A DNA stretch of 64,000 nucleotides from Octopus vulgaris. Its lineage: Eukaryota. Position 1 is the stretch's first letter; every line of letters begins with the position of its first letter. The stretch is taken from the NCBI GenBank assembly GCA_951406725.2, contig OX597816.1, forward strand, positions 177,134,001-177,198,000. The letters run 5' to 3'. This document shows positions 14,353-27,165 of this stretch, piece after piece. The notes under the pieces were generated by a model that worked only from the letters and a program-made list of their open reading frames with translations, ran no database searches and was not told where the DNA came from. The translations under genes and the position numbers were made by a program.

Positions 14353-14763
14353 CACACATACACATATATATTAATATATATGTATGTATGCATGTATGTA
14401 TGAATGTAGGTATGTATGTGATATTATGAGAGCACACTTGCTATAAGGCAAAATTCTGATTACATATCTCCACTGTGTTTTGCATCTAAGCAAGACACTT
14501 AACTGTGTTTACCTTGTTTAACTAGCAAAAACAGCTTCCACTTGTAATTCATGGTTCAGTGGTTAGTAGTCGGAGGAATTACCAGTTGTAAAACTATCCC
14601 ATTCATACAGCTGAAAGCTGTATTTTCATGACCATTACAATACAATTGTGATGAGAAATATAATGAAAGTAGGGAATTGAGAGATGTGACTTTGCAGTTT
14701 TGTTGAGTTTACATGAATATTAAAGCAAGAAGTGACCTTTGCAGAAGAAAAACAGTCGTCACT

Positions 14764-15035
14764 TTAACCTTTTAGCATTCAGATTTCTCTGTCAAATGCA
14801 ATGCGTATTCATTCACATTGTTTTGAATCAATCATGCCTTATCTTGTAAGCTTTCAGATTTTCATAACATGATTGCTTAATTTTTGAAAGACATTGTAGG
14901 GTAGGTGTGAAAGGCAGGATCTGACTGGTTTAAACATAAACACATAGAATATTTAGGCTAGATCTGGCTGGTTTGAATATAAAACATATAGACTATTTAG
15001 ACCAGAGCTGGCCGGTTTGAATTCTAAAGAGTTAA
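14764..15035 (+). mobile_element. piggyBac-type MITE, second family
   Basis: ttaacct(t)ttagcattc ... gaattctaaagagttaa; relatives at about 16978-17835, 30430-30510 and 38667-38885. Confidence 0.7.
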
Positions 15036-15649
15036 AACAACTTTCTATAGATTAGTAAAAAAGCAAAATGCAATTTTCCTTCTGTGGTTACAGAAGACTT
15101 AAAAAGAAATCTCCACATAAGTGTTTACAAAAGAATTAAATATTTACAATGGAACACAGTCATTTCAATTTCATATCTCTGAGGTCACATCTAAAGTCAT
15201 TTTACAAAATGAACTCTGATTTTGAAAAATCAAATGTGAGTGGTGGTGACACACTGAATGATGTGCAGGAAAATTCTTAATTAAATGGTCTTGAAACCTG
15301 CAAAGGAGTTGAAATAATGACAGATGGTTTTAGACAGTAAATCACATTGTTCTATTTGCTTCCGTCACTCTAGCTGAAACAACACCAAAATCACTGTAGA
15401 GAGAGACACTACAAATTAAATTACATGTTCCTAACATAGAAGATAAAATATAAATTTTGGAGACTTATTTGACAATACTCCCCACCACTACAAAAAAAAA
15501 ACTAAAAAGAACTGGTAACAAACAAAATAAAAATGAATTTTCTTTTTATACTTAAGTTTGAATATTTGGTCTAATAGAATTTATTACTCAGTGTAACACC
15601 TGTATAAACTACATCAGTTTCTCAGTTGGTTTTTCTCTCTCAACTCAAA

Positions 15650-16020
15650 GTTGCTTCTCAGCCACATGGTTCCAGGTTCAGTCCCACACTTGCGCTTTGG
15701 GCAAGTGTCTTCTACTATAGCCCCAGGCTGATCAAAGCCCTGAGAGTGGTTTGGTAGATGGAATCTGAAAGAAGTCAAATGTGTATATATACATACATGT
15801 GTGTGTGCGTGTGTGTATTTTTGTGCTTGTCTACCACCACTACATGACAACTGGAATTGGCTTGTTTATGTCCCTTTGACTTGACAGTTTGGCAAAACAG
15901 ATCAACAGAATAAATACTAGACTTAAAAATGAGTACTGGGGTTGATTTATTTGACTAAACCTTTGAAAGTGGTGCCTTAGCATGGCTGCAGTCCAATGAC
16001 TGAAACAAATAAATGATAAA
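15650..16020 (+). mobile_element. SINE family A, diverged
   Basis: Similarity to 3570-3970. Confidence 0.8.
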
Positions 16021-17013
16021 ATGCAATGAATTTAGAAATTTTTCTTCCACAGACTTATCTCACATCCACAAAGTAGAGAATCTTAAGAGAGAGACACTGA
16101 ATGGCTATATAGCTGAAGATTCAGGAGAGCAAGAAGTCTCTATGGAATAGCTTGACCTGCAAAAAATTGCTGCCAGATCTTCTTCAAATACTACTACATC
16201 ATCTTAAAAACAATTAAATCTGCAAGATAAACTAATATTTAATATAACATGGCATTAAAAAAGAGAGAGAGAGAGAGAGAGAATGGTCTCAACTAGAAGG
16301 CTGGTTAACAAATATGTTCTTAACATACAGAAATATTTACCACAGCATGTGTGAACATCATCTGAGAGTAACAGCAGCTATGAACCAGTATGATGTAGGT
16401 TGTAAAACATGTATAAAGGTAAGTATCTTATGAAGTCTACAAAACAGCTACACAAACACAACCAAATAACATTTACATATACTCCAAAAAAAAAAAAAAA
16501 ACAACTTTACAGGGGTGGAAAAAATAGCTGTGTCAGCAATACCAACTATGAAAAAGAAAGAAGTACCGTTGTTATCACTCTTTCCAATATTACAAATCAG
16601 CATATAATGCATTTAAAAATGTTGTAAACACACAAAATCTAACAAATACAACATTAACAATATTAAAATTACCTTTATGGAACCAAAAGATTTTATCAAC
16701 ACATATACATTAATTTAGCAAACGTTCTTACAGCCAGAAAACAGAACATCTAGCATTCCAAATTATATTAAAAAAAGACAAGACCAGTTGTTTCACATAC
16801 ATATACTTATTACAAGTGACTTTTGTAAACTAATCAGAAATGACACCACACGAATAACACACACTTTCAAAATAAAAATGAGTAACAAGAAGAATGTCAA
16901 TATGATAACTATCTAAATCCCACCACTAACCTAACCAACTTCACTACTACTAGATTGCACTGCCCAGCTACAATGTTTTAACCTTTTATCATTCAGATTA
17001 CTTTGTCAAATGT

Positions 17014-17539
17014 GGAGGCGCAATGGCCCAGGGGTTAGGGCAGCGGACTCGCAGTCGTAGGATCGCGGTTTCGATTCCCAGACCGGGCATTGTGAGTGTT
17101 TATTGAGCGAAAACACCTAAAAGCTCCACGAGGCTCCGGCAGGGATGGTGGTGATCCCTGCTGTACTCTTTCACCACAACTTTCTCTCACTCTTACTTCC
17201 TGTTTCTGTTGTACCTGTATTTCAAAGGGCCGGCCTTGTCCCTCTCTGTGTCATGCTGAATATCCCCGAGAAATACGTTAAGGGTACATGTGTCTGTGGA
17301 GTGCTCAGCCACTTACACGTTAATTTCCCGAGCAGGCTGTTCCGTTGATTGGATCAGCCGGAACCCTCGTCGTCGGAACTGACGGAGTGCTTCCATCCCA
17401 GCCCCTTGTGGGTAGTAAAGAAATAGGTATGTGTGTCTGTGGAGTGCTCAGCCACTTACACGTTAATTTCACAAGCAGGCAGTTCCGTGGATCGGATCAG
17501 CCGGAACCCTTGTCGTTGGAACCGACGGAGTGCTTCCAC
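17014..17539 (+). mobile_element. SINE with family C head inserted in a MITE, 14-bp TSD
   Basis: TSD actttgtcaaatgt at 17000-17013 and 17540-17553; 3' module duplicated. Confidence 0.9.
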
Positions 17540-18179
17540 ACTTTGTCAAATGTAATGCTTATTTATTACAACTGCTCTTCCTCACCTCTCTCTCGCGATA
17601 GTCTCTCCACATGCCGCACACTCTGGCGCATGCTTTGGTAGCTCGCTGGCCAACACTGTTGCCGTTCCATTGGCTGGTTTGCTGCCGGGAATGTTGTCAT
17701 GTGTGGGTTTCCTCTTTTTTAATCATATACTATTTTGTAGCTACGAGACTTCAATGATGTGATTTTTTATTTTCAGACTGACATGGGGGGGGGGGGGTGA
17801 GAGACAGGATCTGGCTGATTTGAACATAAAACAGATTTTAATGACCTCAACACCTGGTTTTCAAATAGTACAGGTAATGAAAGAGGTAATTTAGTAGCAT
17901 CACAACAAAATGCTCTTTACATCTTGAACAACAATAAAATCAGCATACATTTCTGATCAAGGTGAGTAACAACTCTCTCTCAGGTATTGCTCCCTCCTCT
18001 GCATTTAGCAATCACAACCAGCTGGCACACAATTTTTCAACTTTCCTAAGATTTTCTCCCTATTTTTCACCACAATACACACTCATACCAATAAAGAGGA
18101 AAAAAAACCTCACTTCAAAACAGCATAGAACTTCAAGACACAGAATTAAGGTTTCTCACTCATCCTAGACAAAACATAC

Positions 18180-18272
18180 GGAACACATTGAGAAAGAGCT
18201 GCAACATCAATAGCTCCACAGGTCCCAAACACTGTATGCAAACCACCAACAATATGTGCAGAAGAAAAATAA
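18180..18272 (-). CDS. coding exon 2 of unidentified gene (YFSSAHIVGGLHTVFGTCGAIDVAALSQCVP, phase 2 to 2)
   Basis: Acceptor atttctgtttgcag, donor CC|gtatgt; 93 bp; strong A/T bias at third codon positions in this frame. Confidence 0.65.
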
Positions 18273-18714
18273 CTGCAAACAGAAATCGATTGGACAGTGA
18301 AGATAGCAGAGTACGTCTAGGCTGTCACACTATATTTCATATGCAACTGATGGTTGCATGATGAAGTGTGTAGTATGAGTCTCAACCAAACATTGATATG
18401 ATACAACTGAAAATGTGGATCTGGTGGCCACGTCTTACTGTTTGGCTAACCACAGGATAACTCAATCTGGTCTGCTCTGGGATTACACAACAACAACAAC
18501 AACAACTGATCAAACTTGGTTAAACAGAAAGAAAGGAAATTCTTCAGCCACTAAGAGCGGTATTCTTGCTGAATATTATGATATTGTCAGTTATATGTAA
18601 TTTCAATAATGGAAAAGAAAAAGTAAAGAAACGTCCCTGAATCACATTAAACAGGTTTGTTGTTCTGTCACTCTGTAAGATATTTTTCTTTATATATAAT
18701 ATAGATAGCTATAG

Positions 18715-18716
<2 letters not shown>

Positions 18717-18780
<64 letters not shown>

Positions 18781-18810
18781 ACGTGTGTGTGTACGTGTGT
18801 GTGTGTGTGT
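18717..18810. repeat. (GT)n microsatellite
   Basis: Direct reading. Confidence 0.97.
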
Positions 18811-19786
18811 ACACAGACATAACTGGTTTATGAGTTGTCATAATGTCTCAAGCAGGTTACATGGAAGTAGTTTCTCCATTATATTCTCTTGGGAGGCAGG
18901 AAGCCTAACATTTTTCAGAAAGTTGCAAGCAGTGAATGTTCACACCTCTCCTATTAAAATTAAAAGAACCGCTCCAGTCCAGAAAACAAAGTCTCAGCTC
19001 ACCAGGACTAAATAGAATGTGCACTAATGTTGATTACTTAACATAATTATAGCTGATGTATATTCATAATCAAAATGTTAACAAGGCAATTGCATAAACA
19101 AGGCTACTATGGTAAATGTAAAGCAGCATCAGAAAATAATCACCATTTTAGGAGTATGGCCTATTGAGAGACAGGAGAATTAAGCAACAAATACATATCC
19201 AGTAAATATAAGTGCTTAACATTTTTATTATTGCTTTGTAAGAGATGGAAAGGTAATACCAATGATCTTTTCCATAACCTTCAACATAGTTTGGAAGAAA
19301 AGAGGAAATTATAAAATTATAAAAGACAACCAAGAACTGGGTAGTGGTATTAAACTACTTGATGGGTTAAGCCTACCATTTAAGGACAGGGAAAGTCTAT
19401 TCAAAAGATTTCTCCACAGTTCCTGTCTACCAAATTTTATTTACACAATTTTGGTGGCTTGAAGTTATCTTAGAATACATTTGGCTTATGATGTAGTATG
19501 ACTAATAAAAGATACCTATATATTTAGTTTGACTTTAAAGTAGATGAAGAAATACAAAACGAATTCTACGAAGGACTCTGTGCTGAAGAAGTACTGATTT
19601 CAGCTTAGTTAATATAAATCTCAACACATTGAATGAAAGGGATTTAAAAGATCTCATTGCAAGAGTACAAACCATTCATTCAAGAGAAACAACTAAATAA
19701 TGCAATATCTTCAATGGTAGGTTGTGAAAATATTAGCTAACAAAACATAGTATGCATATATAATTTGAAGCATATATAATTTGAAA

Positions 19787-20015
19787 GGCGGTGAGCTGGC
19801 AGAAACGTTAGCACGCCGGGCGAACTGCTTAGCTGTATTTCATCTGCCGTTACGTTCTTAGTTCAAATTCCGCCAAGGTCGACTTTGCCTTTCATCCTTT
19901 CGGGGTCGATAAATTAAGTACCAGTTATGCACTGGGGTCGATGGAATCGACTTAATCCATTTGTCTGTCCTTGTTTGTCCCCTCTGTGTTTAGCCCCTTG
20001 TGGGTAGTAAAGAAA
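19787..20015 (+). mobile_element. SINE family B (Nin/Deu-domain-like)
   Basis: Central gcctttcatcctttcggggtcgataaattaagtaccag; flanking direct repeat atataatttgaa. Confidence 0.9.
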
Positions 20016-21120
20016 TATATATAATTTGAAGTGATTGATCAATATGGAAAATGATTTTTACATATTTAACAACAACAAAATTGTCAAACGTGGACCTTAA
20101 AACCATAAAGCAAATGGAAAACTTCAGATACAGCTTAAATGCATGTAATAATAGAGGAAGAAAATGCCTGTGGATCATGTTTTATAAAGTATCTATAACA
20201 GAATAAGTGTCCTTACACTGAAAGTTTAACATAACATATTCAATAATAAACTATGCTATCCTTCAGATGAAAAACTGATTTTTTGTTGGTTCAAAAGTTA
20301 TGAAGGACTGTTTGGAAATTGACACAAAGTCTAAGACTGCTTGGTGACAGAATTTCTGCATTTTATTTCAACATATGAGTTGAGCATGTAGCTGATTATG
20401 GAAAGTACTGGCAAGGACACTCTTTGTATGGCTATGTAATGTAAGCGAATGAGTTAAAATTAGAAGTAAACCCTTAAATTAGGGGAAGAAGTGAAGAAGT
20501 TATAATCATAAACAGTGGGCTTTACAAAGGCAAAACAACTGGAAATAAGCTGTGTAACAGAACTATTTAACTTATGCAAAAAGACTATCATTAAAGTATT
20601 TATCATGATAATAATACAAAGAGAAAATCAATCTTCTGCTCATACATACTAGGCATACTTAAGACCTCAAAGTGTGAAAATCTAGTTTGTATATTTCCTG
20701 TAACAATCCATAACATCAATATAAAAATTTAATCATTTTATGAAAAAGTTGTTACTCAGTCTAACATGAAGTTATTACATAGTAAGCCTCATGAGAACAT
20801 TGGTAAAACGGTTGAGAAGTGAAAAGACATTTGTGGTACAAAAGGCGAAACGTTACCATCTCTGTTAACTATTGATAGAGATAATTAATTGATGACAAAG
20901 AATGTGGTATAAAATGTATTTCTAGAAAGCAAGAGCAACAAATGATTAAATCACAGTAATAATAGATGGCTTTTATTTGTTTGTGTCTTCTAATAAAAAG
21001 ACAAATAGGCATCTTGTATTCTTCACTGGGTTTAAATGTAAAGGCTACTACAAGTTTCAATACAACTGCTTTTTCTCCTTAGCATCGCTTCAAAATGGCT
21101 CCCACTATGAATTCCAAATA

Positions 21121-21352
21121 CCTATTTCTTTACTACCCACAAGGGGCTAAACACAGAAGGGACAAACAGGAAAGACAAATGGATTAAGTCGATTATATCG
21201 ACCCCAATGCGTAACTGGTACTTAATTTATCGACCCCGAAAGGGTGAAAGGCAAAGTTGACCTTGGCGGAATTTGAACTCAGAACGTAACGGCAGATGAA
21301 ATACGGCTACGCATTTCGCCCGGCGTGCTAACGTTTCTGCCAGCTTGCCGCC
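21121..21352 (-). mobile_element. SINE family B
   Basis: Reverse complement of 19787-20015; flanking direct repeat ttccaaatacct. Confidence 0.9.
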
Positions 21353-21750
21353 TTCCAAATACCTTTTACACCTATTCCCTACTGAGGAGGAGATGCATGA
21401 ACAGCCGTGCAACTAAGACTGGAATTGTATCCCATACTACCATGCTTTTCTCAGTGTAACAATATATGCATTTGAATGTCTGTGGGTCAGAGACACGGTT
21501 ATCAACTTGATATACGTGGGTACACATTATGAGACCAATAAAGCATAATTCAAAGAACAAGTTGATATCTACAAGGAAAAAGTCTTGCCAAAGATTTGAG
21601 TGCTGCTACTGTTTGCTGCACCTACATCACATTTATTAGGGAAAACTGCAAGCAGGAATACTGAGACATCAACAGCCTTCTGCTTTATAAATAAAACAGG
21701 TATGTTATAAACCAATTCAGTTAATATTTAATATCAAAAAAAAAAAAAAA

Positions 21751-23927
21751 TACTGGAATGGGTGTAAAACAATGAGTAGGAAACGAATATGAAAAAAAAT
21801 GTGCACAAAGCAACTGGAGGGTGGGGAGAGCACTTTGGAAAATTCACAAGATCCGAGCTTTTCCCTCATAACTTTTAGGAAAATGGGTTTTCATTCAATG
21901 AAATTTTATAGAAATACCTTTCAAACGGCATACATTATGATTATAATGAAATTTGTGGAGGAAATTTTTTCCAAAGGGGTGGGGAGAGGACTTCGGAAAA
22001 TTCACAAAATCTAAGTTTTTCCCTCATAACTTTTAGGAAAATAAGGTTTTCGTTCAATTGAATTTTATAGAAATACCTTTCAAATGGCATACATTATGAT
22101 TATAATGAAATTTGTGGGGAAAATCTTCGGAAAATCTTCGGAAAATTCACAAAATCCGAGTTTTTCCCTCATAACTTTTAGGAAAATGGGGTTTTTTCAA
22201 TGAAATATATAGATACCATTGAAACGGCATACATTATGACTATAAAGTATTTTGTGGGGAGAGGACTTTCAGAAAATTCCCAAGATCTGAATTTTTCATC
22301 GTTATATTCTGAAATCACATTCAACTTTCTACAGATACCCTAGCGTAGTACTTCTACACTACGTAGCGTTTCTACCCACTTTCAATAATTTTTAGTGTTT
22401 TCACTTTGATTTTGTTTCATTTTCAATTATTTTTACGCTTTTTTAACCCTTCGTTGTTATTCTCATTCACTTGTTATTACTTTCTCTCACTATTTATCTC
22501 GGCAAGACTCCTCACCCCCATTTCCTTCATTTTTAACTTGTTTCAGAATTTTTTTTCCACAAAATATGCGGAAAAATACGGAGATTATGATTCTGAAAAA
22601 AACTGTTTGAAAGGAAAAAAAAAACAGGCATATTCAATCTTTTGAAAAAAGTGCTTGGATCTTTTCCTTTTGAACGGCAGTTTTCAACACAATTTCTAGT
22701 TAACTAAACACTTTTAAACTTCGTATACTGGTAGAATGTGTCTAAATAAAACATTTTTTTCTCTTGGCTTTTTTGAGAAAATTATAATTTGTAAGTTTAA
22801 CGTAGTTTAATTTTTCGAATTTTAACCAATCAATGGCCTCTATTGAGCTAAAATCATTTGCTGCGTCTAAAACTGAAACAACATCCTGTCACTGACCCTA
22901 ACCCTAACCCTAACCCTAAATTTTAGCCTTTCGTTTTTTTTTTCTTAATTGTTAAATTAATTTAATTGTTGCGCGTGTGTCTAAAATTATTCGTTTTGTT
23001 TTTGTTTTGAGATACACGTGTATTGTTTAAACTATTTTCCATTGCTTAAGAAAAACAAAAAATGAAAGCAATGGAAAATAATTTAAACAATTAACAAACA
23101 AAATAATTCTATAATTTTATACACACGCTTTCCGTACGTAAACATAACAGTAACAGGATGTAGTCTCAGTTTTAGACGCAGCAAATGATTTTAGCTCAAT
23201 AGAGGCCATTGATTGGTTAAAATTCGAAAAATTAAACTACGTTAAACTTACAAATTACAATTTTCTCAAGAAAGCCAAGAGAAAAAAATATTTATTTTGA
23301 CACATTCTACCAGTATACGAAGTTTAAAATTGTTTAGTTAACAAGAAATTGTGTTGAAAACTGCCGTTCAAAAGGAAAAGATCCAAGTGGGATCTTTTTT
23401 AATTAACTACAAAGAGGCCTGAATTTTTTCTCTTCTAAATATGCGGAAAAATACGGACATCAGGATTCGGACAGAAATTTCAAAGCATTTCTGTACTTAC
23501 GGTTGGGGTATTAGGGTTGGGGTTTAGGTTTAGTGTTACGGAAAAAAGTCGAAATTGAAGAAGTTGGGGGGAAAGGGGGGCGGCATTTTTCACAATGCCG
23601 ATTTTTGGCAAAAAAAATTTTTTAAATTAACAAATTTGGGAGAAAATGGGGTGTAGGGTGTGGGTGGAACGGGTGGAAGTCTTTCTGTCCTCTCCCCCAC
23701 TCTATAGAAAATATTTCCCCACAAATTTCTTTTTAATCGTAATATATGCCCTTTGAAAGGTATTTCTATAAGATTTCATTGAAAAAAAAATCCGTTTTCC
23801 TAAAAGTTAAGAGGGAAAAACTCGGATTTTGTGAATTTTCCGAAGTTCCCTCCACACCCTCCCATTGCACTGCGCGCATTTTTTTTCATATTAGTTTCCT
23901 TCACATTGTTTTACATCCAATCCAGTA
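21751..23927. mobile_element. non-autonomous DNA transposon with long TIRs and about 150-bp subterminal tandem repeats
   Basis: tactggaatgggtgtaaaacaatg... is the inverted match of ...cattgttttacatccaatccagta; three tandem units on the left arm, one on the right. Confidence 0.75.
22657..23384. mobile_element. fold-back MITE with TIR GGATCTTTTCCTTTTGAACGGCA (Merlin-like)
   Basis: About 230-bp inverted arms; same TIR as 41548-42314; internal (TAACCC)n. Confidence 0.9.
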
Positions 23928-26842
23928 CTTTTTGTTTTTGATTTTCATTTCCGGGTCAAGATGTAAACATCAACCATATATTCTAATTTAGGATTTGCTT
24001 GTTTTACGAATGTGTCAATTTAGTCCTTCGGTCTCATCTTCTGTAGGAAAATGAGAGAATAAAATATACATAAACTTTAATAATATCAATATATATACAC
24101 ACTTGAGCAGTTAGCGTTTACATCCAGGCAACTAAGGACGATAAAAACTTCAAAATATATTAATTCATTTAATTATGCTGGATTATATAACCGTTTGAAA
24201 GAGAAAAAAAAAAACAGGCATATTCACTCTTTTGAAAAAAGTGCTTTTTTAATTAACTACAAAGAGGTCTGAATTAGATAAATGTTAAACTAATTAGAAA
24301 TAGTCTGAGTGAAAAAATATAAATAATATTTGCTGTGGGAAAGCATAAAATATATTACAGTCGATTAACTAATTTGTTCATTTTCCCTTTCTACAACATG
24401 TAGAGAAATTAGTAATATAATTTGTGTCTCTTGACTTCGTTATGGAGTCATTACTTTCCTTAATTACATGCAGTGATAGAAACGGGACAGAGGAGGTGTG
24501 GCGTACCCTTACTTTTCAGCACTCAGAAAGGGAAAGCTTATAGTCTAGTTCCACCTTTTAATCTAAGCCTCTGACCTGGTTCCTAATACACATTTCCATC
24601 ACTAGTTAATCTAGCTGTATTAAAGACTTATTTAAAGACTTATTTATCATTCAGATTAACATAGTTTTTCCTCCACTTTAGCTTTTTTTTTTTTCTTTAT
24701 AAACAAATATTTCAAATAATTTTCCTAAATTTTAAACAAATGTTATTTTTGTTTTGTTTACAAAGAATGTAACCTATAATCCTTTGGAGTTAGTTCCCTT
24801 TATTCAGGGTCTGGATTTTTTTTTTTAAGTATAGTCACAGGTCAACTCTGATAAAAAGTACCTATGGTCAAAGGCATCCTGGCCATGACAACCCTGTCTT
24901 TTCAGATGGATTCTTCCTATTTTTAAAAGAGTAGAGTGTAATTAGGGAGAAATTTAGTAACTATTTCTAACAAGTCATGACGACCACATAGAAGCGATCA
25001 GTTGGTGCTGTCAACGCGGAACTTGAGTGCTTTTTAAAATTTCTTTTTAGTTAGAGATAGAGAGCATTTCATTCGGGTGACCTAACATTCAAAGACACTC
25101 TACTACTACTGGTGATTAACCTATTTTATACCTGCTGGTTTTAAAATATGTTTGCGATGATATTTGATACACTAATCTATACGTGACATCTCTGTTGGTG
25201 ATAAGCCACGTCGTGTCAAACATATTCTTCAAAAGAGCTTTAAATCAAGGAGCGTGCGCATATTTGGGACTGTTATAATAGCGGTAAAAGAAGAAGAGAA
25301 GTTATAGCAGTATGGTGAACCTGGAATCGAAAGTATTCAATAAATAAGTGCTTATATGATTAGCCGAATCCATCCCTTCCTTCGTTCAAATATCACATTA
25401 GTATTACTAAAAGAAGATTTTATCATGACTGGTTGGGTTGCTATACATAGCGAGCGAATTTCCCTACCTGTTTTAGAAAATTGATTACAATGGATAACGT
25501 AGCTCTAGTACACTGTAAACTTGCCCAATCAGGAAAGATCTAAGGCTAAACAACACCAGCTGCCTCCATCACCATCTTGAATTGAGAGATTTTGAAATGG
25601 GCTTTTATTATAATGGTTTCAGAATCATAAATACGTTGTGGGAGGTGTGTGTGTGAGGGTCATTCCTTCTTTGAGCTCCCAAAATCTAGAGTTATAGCGG
25701 CACTGTCCTGACGTACAGCACAACATATTTTGGAAGCTATCCCTCACTAAGTCAGAACTCTAAGTGTGAACAGTTGCAGGCATGGCTGTGTGGTAAGAAG
25801 TTGACTTCCCAACCACATGGTTCCAAGTTCAGTCCCACCACGTGGCATCCTGGACAGGTGTCTTGTACTATGGGCCTCAAGCTGACCAAAGCCTTGTGAG
25901 TGCATTTGGTACACGGAAACTTAAAAAATCCTATTATGTGTGTGTGTGTGTGTGTATATATATTCTTGAGAGTCAACGGCCATCCAATAAATGTCTTAAG
26001 GCTGTATCATGCGCGGGGACATAAAAATAATCGGACTGAATACCCGATGGCACAGTTAAACCATTGGGAGTGAAGGGCTCCTAGCCTTTGTTAGGGCATC
26101 CTTCTAGGAGAAGGTAACTGGGATAACTCCGACATAAAACCTGTGGCTCAGTGGTTACCGATGATGTTGACTTGTTCTTCTTTTCGGATTATGGCTGCTG
26201 TTGCTTAGTGAGTGGGATTGACTCAGTGCACAGCCTTTCCTCACTTTAACAAAAAGAAGATTTTTATCTATATATATAATGTATACACATACACACACAG
26301 ATATATATATATCTGTGTGTGTATGTGTGCTTATCTCCCCACCATTGCTTGACTGCTGGTGTTGGTGTGTTTACATCCATGTAACTGAGTGGTGGTTCAG
26401 CATCCACTAGAAAGACCCTTCAAGGCAGTGCTCCAGCATGGTTGCAGTCAGATGACTGAAACAAGTAAAAGATAAAAGATAACCAATTTGTTTCTCATTT
26501 CCAGAGAAGGGGGGGGGGTTACAGAAGTACCAATTCCAATACTGTTTTAATTTTTTTTTTTATTTATAAACCTGAAAAGGTACAAGGTAATGTTGACTTT
26601 GGTAGGATTTGAACTCAGTGTGGAAAGAGAGAACAAATAACATGAATATTTCAATATGTTCCCTCATTACTCAGTCAGCTCACCTTCTGGAAGTGGATCC
26701 TTGTTGACCAAATTATTTGCCATACACACCAAATATTCTTTTCATTAATTCCAAAGGGATAAATGGCAAACTTGACCCAGACAGAATTCCAACATAGAGT
26801 TAAGACATTTAAAAAAAATTCTTTATATTTTACTCATAGATG

Positions 26843-27165
26843 CATGGCTCATGGAGCATTGGGCTTACAATCATGTGCTTCCCAAACTGGGCCATATGTT
26901 GTGCTCTTGAGCAAGACACTTTATTTCACGTTGCTCCAGTTCACTCAGCTGTAGAAATGAGTTGCAACACCACTGGTGCCAATCTGTATCGGCCCCTTTG
27001 CCTTTCCCTTGGATAACATCGGTGGCATGGAGAGAGGAGGCTGGTATGCATGGGTGACTGCTGGTCTCCCACAAACAACTTTACCCAGGCTTGTGCCTGG
27101 GAGGGGAACTTTCTAGGTGCAATCTTATGGTCATTTGTGACCAAAGGTGATCTTTACCCTTTTAC
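26843..27165 (+). mobile_element. SINE family D
   Basis: Homologous to 5605-5922. Confidence 0.8.

Noticed and set aside
15203-15297. Candidate exon after acceptor ctcctttgcag (FQDHLIKNF...)
   Set aside because: Only a weak donor (gtaaaa) and a stop immediately after; not needed for phase continuity, though not excluded
17014-17090. tRNA gene
   Set aside because: tRNA-like head of a SINE that continues into SINE body with a TSD
23990-24060. Strong minus-strand acceptor ttttcctacag
   Set aside because: All three frames stop within about 9 codons
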